From assembly GCA_965219535.1 (NCBI GenBank), contig CBDCNV010000002.1:2220001-2252000 (forward strand): 32,000 nt of DNA, read 5' to 3'. The translations under genes and the position numbers were made by a program. This stretch comes from Opitutales bacterium (GTDB taxonomy: Bacteria > Verrucomicrobiota > Verrucomicrobiia > Opitutales > PNEW01). The notes beneath the pieces were generated by a model that saw only the letters and a program-made list of their open reading frames with translations, was not told the DNA's origin and searched no databases. Below are positions 1 to 7,351 of this stretch, in pieces (position 1 is the first letter of the stretch; the number at the start of each line of letters is the position of its first letter).

Positions 1-206
1 GGCGCTGTTGAATAATAAATTAACGGGAATGCCGGACCCGTCACTTGTATAATTTCGATTGGCGCTTTTCATTAATTTAAACGGAACCTGAAAAATTTGC
101 TGCGTATTATGGACACTATTATCTATCAAGGATTTCTCTCAGTTAATATAATATAGATACCGCATTTAATTTATCAAGTTAAAATAGGTAAAAAAACAGT
201 AAATAA

Positions 207-222
207 TAGGGTTTTAACCCTA
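207..222 (-). terminator. Candidate weak terminator hairpin downstream of the 270..1415 gene
   Basis: The palindrome TAGGGTTTTAACCCTA lies about 50 nt past the minus-strand stop. On that strand it is followed by a T-rich tract (TTATTTACTGTTTTTTT). The stem is short and the loop tiny. Confidence 0.3.
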
Positions 223-269
223 AATGCACTATTTTAGAGAAACTGCTGGAATTTTACCTTAGAATGCCT

Positions 270-1415
270 CTACCAGTTGTTCAAAGACCCGTCGCGCCGA
301 TAAATATGAGGTGCCTCCCAAAATTTAAAGGGTTCTTTGGTGGCGAGATCTTCATTAACATCTATACCCAACCCGGGGCCCTCAGGCACGGGAAATCGGG
401 CCCCCTCTAATTTGGGTTGTAGGGGAAAGATATCATCATCCTTTGAGGCCTGGTCTTTTGGTAACGCTTGTGCTTCCAGCCAGGCAAAATTGGTTACTGC
501 CGCCGCCATTTGGATCGTCGCTGCGGTGCAGATGGGGCCCAATGGATCGTGAGGCATGAGTTCGATATAGTGTGCCTCCGCCATGCTTGCTACTTTCATC
601 GCTTCGGTGAAGCCCCCAACATTGCAGATATCGATACGCGCAAAATTGGTAATGCCCCGTTCGATGTAAGGCAGAAAGTGCCATTTGCTCGATATCTCTT
701 CACCAATTGCAAAGGGGACATCGGTCATCGTTCGCAGTGATTCATAGGCTTCTGGAGTTTCATCGCGGATGGGTTCCTCCAGAAAATCAATCGTGCCTGA
801 AGGCATTCGCTGACAAAAAGACGCGGCTTCTGCTACATTCAAACGGTGATGGTAGTCAATGCCGAGAACCGGCTCATTGCCGACAGCTTCTCTCAGCTTG
901 GTTAACCAGGTAGCGGTTGGAGCAATGGATTCGCGTGGCTCAAAAACTCCATCCTGCTTTGCAGCAAAGCCAGTTCGTATCACATTCCACCCTTTTTCGA
1001 TCAATAAATTTGTATCATCGATCATCTGAGGAGCCGAGTTCATGGGGATCGTTGCAAAGCAGGGAACGAAATCGCGTTGTTTTCCCCCCAGCAGCTGATA
1101 GACAGGGATATTGAGTGCCTTACCAACGATATCATGAAGCGCGATGTCGATTGCTGAAATAGCCGCGCTGAGAACACGGCCGCCCTCAAAGTACTGGCAG
1201 CGGTACATTTCCTGCCACAGAGCACCCCTATGCATAGGGTCTCGGCCGATGAGGAACTCACGGTAATGCTTGACCGCACCTGCGACAGCTAATTCGCGAC
1301 CGGATAGCCCTGATTCTCCCCAACCGTAAATTCCCTCATCAGTTTCAACCTTGACGAGCATTTGGTTGCGTCTTCCCACCCAGACGGGGTAAGGTTTTAT
1401 ATCAGTAATTTTCAT
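270..1415 (-). CDS. Enolase-superfamily acid-sugar dehydratase (D-galactonate/D-mannonate dehydratase, DgoD/ManD-like)
   Basis: 381 aa ORF. The N-terminus (MKITDIKPY...VKVETDEGIYGWGE) and the segment AISAIDIALHDIVGKALNIPVYQLLGG fit this family. So do IDYHHR, the metal-ligand-type motifs FLEEP and IGEE, PHDPLGP, and a C-terminal ...RRDGSLNNW resembling DgoD/ManD ends. Confidence 0.88.
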   Translation of the reverse strand: MKITDIKPYPVWVGRRNQMLVKVETDEGIYGWGESGLSGRELAVAGAVKHYREFLIGRDPMHRGALWQEMYRCQYFEGGRVLSAAISAIDIALHDIVGKALNIPVYQLLGGKQRDFVPCFATIPMNSAPQMIDDTNLLIEKGWNVIRTGFAAKQDGVFEPRESIAPTATWLTKLREAVGNEPVLGIDYHHRLNVAEAASFCQRMPSGTIDFLEEPIRDETPEAYESLRTMTDVPFAIGEEISSKWHFLPYIERGITNFARIDICNVGGFTEAMKVASMAEAHYIELMPHDPLGPICTAATIQMAAAVTNFAWLEAQALPKDQASKDDDIFPLQPKLEGARFPVPEGPGLGIDVNEDLATKEPFKFWEAPHIYRRDGSLNNW

Positions 1416-1537
1416 AGGGTTACTTTATTAAATTAATTTAGACGCTAGACTTATGAATTTACAATTCTCGTGGCAAATAGAATCTAAATCGATTGCGGAT
1501 TGTCCCTAATGGTTATCAAATATTCATGTATTTACTT

Positions 1538-1776
1538 TTGTCATTGCGAGCGAAGCGAAGCAACCCAGGGGGATGTCGGTTGCGTAAGTAAAGTCTCAGG
1601 GTGTTAGGGTTTACTCTCACTTGAACGTATGCCTAACTTGAACAGATGAACCATCATGGGAAAGACTTGAGTGGTTCCTTTTATTCGAATGCAAAATGAC
1701 AATTCGCCTGGAATGGAAGATGTCGCTGCGCTCGGTAGCCACGTCTCCCGCTGTTGCGGGATCCTCGCAATGACAA
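1538..1776 (+). repeat. MITE-like element, family A copy 1 (long variant)
   Basis: The termini are inverted: TTGTCATTGCGAG (1538..1550) and CTCGCAATGACAA (1764..1776). The internal block GGAATGGAAGATGTCGCTGCGCTCGG is shared with the copies at 3117 and 11793. There is no coding capacity beyond spurious ORFs. Confidence 0.75.
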
Positions 1777-2135
1777 GATGGAAAGCAATCGCGACAAGAT
1801 TTAAATTCACGACTATCGGTCGACGGCACTTACGCTGTCTACCTTTGAGCACTTAGTGAAGTGTAGGTAGCTGGTTAATGTCTATCCATTATGTATCATC
1901 CACAATTTTGACTTATTGGCCCCTTTTGATCGTACGAATGTTTAGTCAGAGTATCCAAATATAATTAAGGCTGTCCCAAAGGATAATTGATCACAAAAGC
2001 TCATTTCGTTTAAAATACCATCGCGAGTAGGGTACAGGTGATCGTCAATCACGAGTATTTATATCTATGTTGCAGAAAGTGTGATAAATAATATCTTGGT
2101 CGAAAAATAAAGCGTTCTATATAAACGCTAAAAGA

Positions 2136-2879
2136 ATGGATATCGAGCAACATAATGAGGAAATCCAAGAGAACCTCCGGTATTGGGAGAATAAACCTTT
2201 ACTGAGGCAGATCTATAAAGATTTTCACCGCTTAATTGCCGAACATCTTGTTAATCTTCCTCATGGTCAGGTTGTAGAACTGGGATCGGGGATAGGAAAT
2301 ATCAAAGAGATAGTACCAAATTGCTTGAGGACGGACCTGTTTCCAAATCCATGGATAGATCGAGAAGAAAATGCATTTCAACTTTCGTTTAAAGATAATG
2401 AAGTATCCGATCTAATACTTTTCGATGTGTTCCATCATTTACGTTATCCCGGTACCGCGCTTAAAGAATTTCATCGAGTGTTGATGCCTCATGGGCGAAT
2501 AATTATTTTCGATCCCTGTTTAAGTTTACTGGGTTATATGCTCTATGGATTTTTTCATCACGAACCAATTGGGGCGAAAGAACCAATAGAGTGGTTTGCT
2601 CCGGAAAATTGGAACCCTAATGATATCGATTACTATGCGGCCCAAGGTAATGCTTCGCGGGTGTTCTTTAATAAAGAGTGGAAGCAGCATTTAGCGTCAT
2701 GGGATATCATTGCGAAAAAGCGACTCTCGGCCATTTCCTATGTCGCGTCGGGGGGGTATTCCAAACCGCAACTCTATCCAAACTTTACTTATCCCGTGAT
2801 GCGCGGGCTGGACAAGCTTTTTGATTATCTACCCTTTTTATTTGCCACAAGGCTCCTCATCGTCCTCGAAAAGAAATAG
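2136..2879 (+). CDS. Class I SAM-dependent methyltransferase
   Basis: 247 aa ORF with a motif I-like VVELGSGIGN and a downstream acidic/hydrophobic motif (ILFDVFHH, IIIFDP) typical of Methyltransf_11/23-type proteins. Confidence 0.75.
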   Translation: MDIEQHNEEIQENLRYWENKPLLRQIYKDFHRLIAEHLVNLPHGQVVELGSGIGNIKEIVPNCLRTDLFPNPWIDREENAFQLSFKDNEVSDLILFDVFHHLRYPGTALKEFHRVLMPHGRIIIFDPCLSLLGYMLYGFFHHEPIGAKEPIEWFAPENWNPNDIDYYAAQGNASRVFFNKEWKQHLASWDIIAKKRLSAISYVASGGYSKPQLYPNFTYPVMRGLDKLFDYLPFLFATRLLIVLEKK

Positions 2880-2894
2880 ATGGATAGGGAGGGA

Positions 2895-2925
2895 GAGTCA
2901 AAAGTCAAAGGTCGAAGGTCAAATG
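2895..2925 (+). repeat. GTCAAAAG-type octamer array (family C), copy 1
   Basis: GAGTCAAAAGTCAAAGGTCGAAGGTCAAATG begins 16 nt after the methyltransferase stop. It is nearly identical to 24151..24174. Confidence 0.7.
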
Positions 2926-2990
2926 AGGGAGCACGTATAAGTGGACACGAGTGTATGCAGCAATGCAATAACACGGATAATCTTTTGGAG

Positions 2991-3084
2991 GGACGCGCTC
3001 CGTCGCGTCCGCTTCATTTGCAGTCCCTAGCACGCTTCTTCAATTACTACATTTTCAACGCGGTAGGGACACCGCGTTCCACCT
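2991..3084. repeat. REP/BIME-like hairpin cluster (family B), copy 1
   Basis: It has three parts. GGACGCG-CTCCGT-CGCGTCC (2991..3010) is a perfect 7 bp stem. GTCCCTAGCACGC (3023..3035) follows. AACGCGGT-AGGGAC-ACCGCGTT (3057..3078) plus CCACC completes it. The same arrangement occurs at 7149..7222. Confidence 0.75.
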
Positions 3085-3092
3085 GGTTTTTT
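3057..3092 (+). terminator. Probable intrinsic terminator for the methyltransferase gene
   Basis: A perfect 8 bp GC-rich stem (AACGCGGT/ACCGCGTT) with a 6 nt loop, followed within 9 nt by TTTTTT (3087..3092). Confidence 0.55.
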
Positions 3093-3116
3093 AACACCTA
3101 AAACTTAACACTTCTT

Positions 3117-3234
3117 TTGTCATTGCGAGGAGTAGCACGACGCGGCAATCCAGGGGAAAGCCGGTCACGTGTTGAAAGCCCATGGAATGGAAGATATCGC
3201 TGCGCTCGGCTGATAGCCGTCCTCGCAATGACAA
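3117..3234 (+). repeat. MITE-like element, family A copy 2
   Basis: Termini are TTGTCATTGCGAG (3117..3129) and CTCGCAATGACAA (3222..3234). Internal CCAGGGG and GGAATGGAAGATATCGCTGCGCTCGG blocks match the other copies. Confidence 0.8.
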
Positions 3235-3326
3235 GAGGAAATTATATATAATTAAGGTTAGGCACAATCACCAATCCACATTCCCTACCGAGTGTATTAC
3301 ACGATATCCCTCATTCCGCAATCGGC

Positions 3327-4121
3327 TCATTCAATCGTCAATTCTTCAATTTCGACAGTAATCGCATCTCCATCTTCATTGGCGAATGTGGCGTCGATAC
3401 TCAATGTCGGTTGTGGGGTATTGTCCGATTTAAAATTGTTCTGTGTGATCAGGGTTTCAAACCCGGTCGTTGTCGATCCGCTCTCCGCGACAACGACCGC
3501 GGCACCGTTTGTTTGCATTAAGTCTCCCCCGGTGATTCTCAAACCGGGATTACCAGCGGGTACCGTGAATGATCCCTCACCGAATAGAAGATGCGGAACT
3601 GCGTCGCCATCGGCATCGATATCACCGACTGTCAAGCGTACCGCAATCGGTACCCCGCGCGCATCGACACCGACCTTTCCGGTGCTTCCACTGAACGCAG
3701 CATTTGACAGTTGCATGCCGCCCATGCCCGTGGAGTTAACAACTTCGACAAGCGTCACGTCTGCCTGTGCGTCATAGACTTGTCCCTCGGGGAAGAGGGC
3801 CTGGTTAACCGCGTTGATCGAGCCCACGGTGAAGATACTGAAGAAGGTATTGGCGTCAGCTCCGTCGATGATCACGCTCGGTTTGCCGGTTACGTACTCC
3901 ACTGCCTGGTTGTATCGCGGGGGAATGGCTGGGGCCAGGAAGGTCGCCGGGTCCAGAGTTACGTTAAAGGAACCGGCGCCCGAGAATTCGACTTGCACAA
4001 TGTCTTCTGTTTCATCCATGAAGGAGACGCGGGTAATCTGGTTCGGTCTCGCTTGTAGTTGGATGTTTTCACCCGTAAGTAAAATCTGGTCGAAGACATT
4101 ACCGTTAGGATGCTGGATGTT
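3327..4121 (-). CDS. C-terminal portion of a large secreted protein frame, or a separate hypothetical protein starting at ATG 4019
   Basis: The 230 aa ORF 3327..4019 stays open upstream for a further 34 codons, to 4121, in exactly the frame of 4122..5558. No Shine-Dalgarno-like sequence precedes ATG 4019 (the upstream mRNA reads CUCCUUC). I recognise no domain. Confidence 0.6.
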   Translation of the reverse strand, partial: NIQHPNGNVFDQILLTGENIQLQARPNQITRVSFMDETEDIVQVEFSGAGSFNVTLDPATFLAPAIPPRYNQAVEYVTGKPSVIIDGADANTFFSIFTVGSINAVNQALFPEGQVYDAQADVTLVEVVNSTGMGGMQLSNAAFSGSTGKVGVDARGVPIAVRLTVGDIDADGDAVPHLLFGEGSFTVPAGNPGLRITGGDLMQTNGAAVVVAESGSTTTGFETLITQNNFKSDNTPQPTLSIDATFANEDGDAITVEIEELTIE

Positions 4122-5558
4122 TTAACCGGCGATATCACCCGTGCCGTCGAGAACGAGGGGCACGGCCGGTGCTGCTACCGTGACGACTGCGGTTTCACTG
4201 TCCGCGGTCCCACCTACGTTAGTAATCTGTACCCAGAAGCTTGTGCTCGCAGTGAGGGCGCCCGTATTTAAAGTGTCTGTCGTTGCGCCCGCGACAGGAC
4301 TGGCGGTGTCACCGCTGTTTCCGGTATACCACTGGTAACTGAGATCATCACCGTTGGCGGCAACGGACAAGCTGGCCGCTGCACCAGATGCAACTTCCTG
4401 GTTCGCGGGCTGGGTGGTGATAGATGGAGCATCCGCGGGTGGGGGACCCTCGGAGCCGGTCCCAGGGGCGCCGATTGGGGTGAATCCAAAGTCGTCGATA
4501 CCTGTATGGCTGAATACATCATCGTTAAGATCGGGATCGTCCTTAAATACAAGTCTGCCAATTCCGCCTGGCGCTCCTAATTCCACCGCGTTGACGGTAA
4601 AAAATTTGGGTTTAAATTGCGGATCAAGACCCGACTCAAAATTAGTGAAGGTGCCGAGCAGATTATCATTAGTATCATAGACTTCAAATGAGCCATCGGG
4701 ATCCTGCAATTGTACTCTGACTACACTTTGAGCGTAAAAATCTACTTCATAAGCCGGTGTTTCAAAGATGACCGTGAATTCCTCACCATTTCTAATCGCA
4801 TAACCTTGTGATTGCGAGTGAATTAATCCACATGCGCATGAAACAGATGCTACAATCTGACCCCCATCAAAGGTCGCTGAATTGGGAGATGCACCAATAG
4901 TAATAGGGCCCGATAATCCTGAACCGACTCCAAATTCTTCAAACTGGGTGTAGACACTATTGTTGGCAGGCTTATCGGTAATTGTGTAGCCAAGATCATC
5001 AATGGAAAGTTTGGCTGTAACATTGAGAAACTTTATTTCTTTTATGCCTTCGATAAATTCCTGGTCAGTTCCATCAAGAAAATTACCACTGTCAGCGACA
5101 AAGCTTTGCAATGGGGGGTTGGCGCCCGGGCTGATGTTGGCTGGCAGTCCTTCAACCTCACCATTTTCTCCAATCACGGTCGTAACAAAAGGCAATCCGC
5201 CGGCGAGACCACCTTCTGAGTTTGCATCTCCTCTGATCTCGATTTTGCCACCCCCTGTTGATTCGGCCGCGTAAAATTCGATCGTATTAATACCTCGGCT
5301 ACTTACAATTCGCCCTTCCTGGCTGGGACCAAGGGTTAAAGCTTTTGTTCCTGAGTGCAATAGCGTCGGATCTTCTAAGGTCTCGATGGTGAAACCAAGA
5401 AACTGAATATCATTCGGCGGTTCACCGAGGGTGAATTGACCCGATCCTTCTGCCCCTTCAAAGTCGAGAAATACTTCCTGGTCTTGAGGTGCGGCCTGCA
5501 GGAATAATGGAAAAATCAGCAATGCTGACGTTACGGGTAAAAACTTTTTTAATTTCAT
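4122..5558 (-). CDS. Secreted protein with a C-terminal Ig-like domain (adhesin or glycan-binding-like)
   Basis: 478 aa. The signal peptide is MKLKKFLPVTSALLIFPLFLQA/AP. The C-terminal segment ITTQPANQEVASGAAASLSVAANGDDLSYQWYTGNSGD...AVVTV has the bacterial Ig-like pattern with a YQWY motif. The ORF ends at a TAA that is in frame with the next ORF. Confidence 0.75.
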   Translation of the reverse strand: MKLKKFLPVTSALLIFPLFLQAAPQDQEVFLDFEGAEGSGQFTLGEPPNDIQFLGFTIETLEDPTLLHSGTKALTLGPSQEGRIVSSRGINTIEFYAAESTGGGKIEIRGDANSEGGLAGGLPFVTTVIGENGEVEGLPANISPGANPPLQSFVADSGNFLDGTDQEFIEGIKEIKFLNVTAKLSIDDLGYTITDKPANNSVYTQFEEFGVGSGLSGPITIGASPNSATFDGGQIVASVSCACGLIHSQSQGYAIRNGEEFTVIFETPAYEVDFYAQSVVRVQLQDPDGSFEVYDTNDNLLGTFTNFESGLDPQFKPKFFTVNAVELGAPGGIGRLVFKDDPDLNDDVFSHTGIDDFGFTPIGAPGTGSEGPPPADAPSITTQPANQEVASGAAASLSVAANGDDLSYQWYTGNSGDTASPVAGATTDTLNTGALTASTSFWVQITNVGGTADSETAVVTVAAPAVPLVLDGTGDIAG

Positions 5559-5752
5559 TTAATTCCTGATCTCAGATTATTTATTGGGCTGTGGGAAAAG
5601 TATGGGAATTTCAATAATGGATACGCAATGTCATAATCATTTATCTGAGGCGAAAATTTTCATTGTTGAAATAAGTATAAAGCAAGTTACTGATGAAGCA
5701 AAATTATTGAATTTAATACGGATACAGCTGCAAAAAAAAGGGAGATCGGTAA

Positions 5753-7063
5753 ATGACACTCGAGGAATATGAAGTTTCTTTTAACCATATAGTATTGGAT
5801 GACGCGATGGATGAATATGGCCTTATACGTCACCAGTTGACGTCTCCGGATCGCAAACCACTCACTGATGAACACCTGCAGCAGGATCGGGATGAAGATA
5901 ACCGCCGAAAAGCTGCGGGTCAAAAAAGACATCCCCTGGCTGCAACCCCAGCTTATGTCATGTATGAGGACGCAAATTATGTGGGTAATCGTTACCTCAA
6001 CGCCCAAGTCTGGCGCTCACTTGCCACGGGGAGTTCCGATGCGAGAAATGATGCGCGTCGAGCCTACGAAGCCAGTCTGTATCCCTACCGGGAGGGTGCC
6101 AAGAGGGAGAAAGGATACTGGCCTAAACCTTATGGGGCATTGAAGGGTGATTACGCCATCGACAAGAATTATACTGAAACAAGCCTGGATCAGGCATATT
6201 CACCTGTGATTGCTCTATGGCGTTACTACCAGCACCTGGCAGATGACTCCGAGAAAAAGGAGATTGAAGAAGCACTTCATGCCCATGCTCATTGGTGGAT
6301 CCGTCACGATTACAACTACGACTACCTGGGTGAAAAATGGAATGTCTTCGATAGTAATATGCCCCCATTTACGGCGAATAAAATATCTTCACCGAGTGAA
6401 GCTCTGAAGATACCCATCGGAATGCATATTGCTTATCAGGTAACGGGAGATAAGCAGCTACTTGACGAGTGTGTAAGGATCATACGGAAGGGGATTGCGG
6501 ACGGGGGTGTTCAAATGCATCGCGGGCCGCGAGGAGAGATCAAGGAACTCTACCACTGGGCGGAGATATGCGACTACTTCCTGCGGGAGACTGAGCTGTG
6601 CCATGAAACCGATTGGTCAAATTTGATCGATGATTGCTGGCGTGCGGCTAAGAGCACGGTGCAAGAGGACGGCTTATGCATTGGTATGGGAAACTTCATG
6701 GACGATGGGAGCATCGAAAAGTATGAACCCGGTCCCGCAGATAGTGTGGATCATTATAATTACTGGAAAACTGATGGCAGGCATCCAGCTTCAACGGCAC
6801 AGATGGCATGCCTGGCAATGTTGATTCACGAACTGGGGTACGATGACAATGCCGGAAGCATTGGTAAGGAGCTTTTGTCAAAAGTGGCAGAAACACAAGT
6901 GGACGACTATAAACCCTTGCTAATGGATGAATACATTTACACTCATCCGGAGCAGATGCCTCCTTCACATCGGGATAATCCGCCGATGCCCATTTTCGCA
7001 ACGCGAACGGTCGTTTTCTGGCTGGACGCTTTTTGGCGTGGTAAATTACATGGAGTTTTGTGA
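5753..7063 (+). CDS. Hypothetical cytoplasmic protein, function unknown (possibly an all-alpha toroid hydrolase/lyase-like fold, speculative)
   Basis: 436 aa ORF with a GGGAG Shine-Dalgarno-like sequence about 10 nt upstream. No signal peptide. It is rich in W/Y/H residues, and I recognised no motif. Confidence 0.7.
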   Translation: MTLEEYEVSFNHIVLDDAMDEYGLIRHQLTSPDRKPLTDEHLQQDRDEDNRRKAAGQKRHPLAATPAYVMYEDANYVGNRYLNAQVWRSLATGSSDARNDARRAYEASLYPYREGAKREKGYWPKPYGALKGDYAIDKNYTETSLDQAYSPVIALWRYYQHLADDSEKKEIEEALHAHAHWWIRHDYNYDYLGEKWNVFDSNMPPFTANKISSPSEALKIPIGMHIAYQVTGDKQLLDECVRIIRKGIADGGVQMHRGPRGEIKELYHWAEICDYFLRETELCHETDWSNLIDDCWRAAKSTVQEDGLCIGMGNFMDDGSIEKYEPGPADSVDHYNYWKTDGRHPASTAQMACLAMLIHELGYDDNAGSIGKELLSKVAETQVDDYKPLLMDEYIYTHPEQMPPSHRDNPPMPIFATRTVVFWLDAFWRGKLHGVL

Positions 7064-7092
7064 GTAGAGGATTTGTGTAAATTTTCATTGAG

Positions 7093-7262
7093 CTTCGTCT
7101 TCGTCTGCCTCCTCGTCTTCGTCCATATTTATTTACGATCCAATTAATGTGGAGCGGGCTGTCCCTAGCACGCTTCTGCAGTTATAACTTAACCAAACGC
7201 GGTAGGGACACCGCGTTCCACCTTGATTTTGTATTATATAAATGAAGAGTACGAAGACGAAG
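7093..7262. repeat. Nested inverted-repeat composite: CTTCGT hexamer words flanking a BIME-like pair (family B copy 2, 7149..7222)
   Basis: CTTCGTCTTCGT (7093..7104, and again at 7112..7123) is the exact reverse complement of ACGAAGACGAAG (7251..7262). Between them sit GTGGAGCGGGCTGTCCCTAGCACGC, a 22 nt AT-rich spacer, and AACGCGGTAGGGACACCGCGTTCCACC. Confidence 0.75.
7196..7230 (+). terminator. Probable intrinsic terminator for the 5753..7063 gene
   Basis: AACGCGGT-AGGGAC-ACCGCGTT hairpin followed by CCACCTTGATTTTGTATT. Confidence 0.45.
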
Positions 7263-7351
7263 ATTATTAAATATACTACATATACTGATAACTAACGATA
7301 ACGGAACATTTACATTATCACCAAACCTATTAGAAACGCTAAAGACTTGGT

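Noticed and set aside
2880-3101. Small ORFs in the track lie entirely within repeat elements: 2880..3101, 1604..1852, 1671..1856, 11725..11934 and 17600..17782.
   Set aside because: Their peptides are simply translations of the octamer, REP-like and MITE repeats (for example SKVKGRRS, GTPRSTW, SQKVKRSKSQ). They have no start-site context and are most likely spurious.
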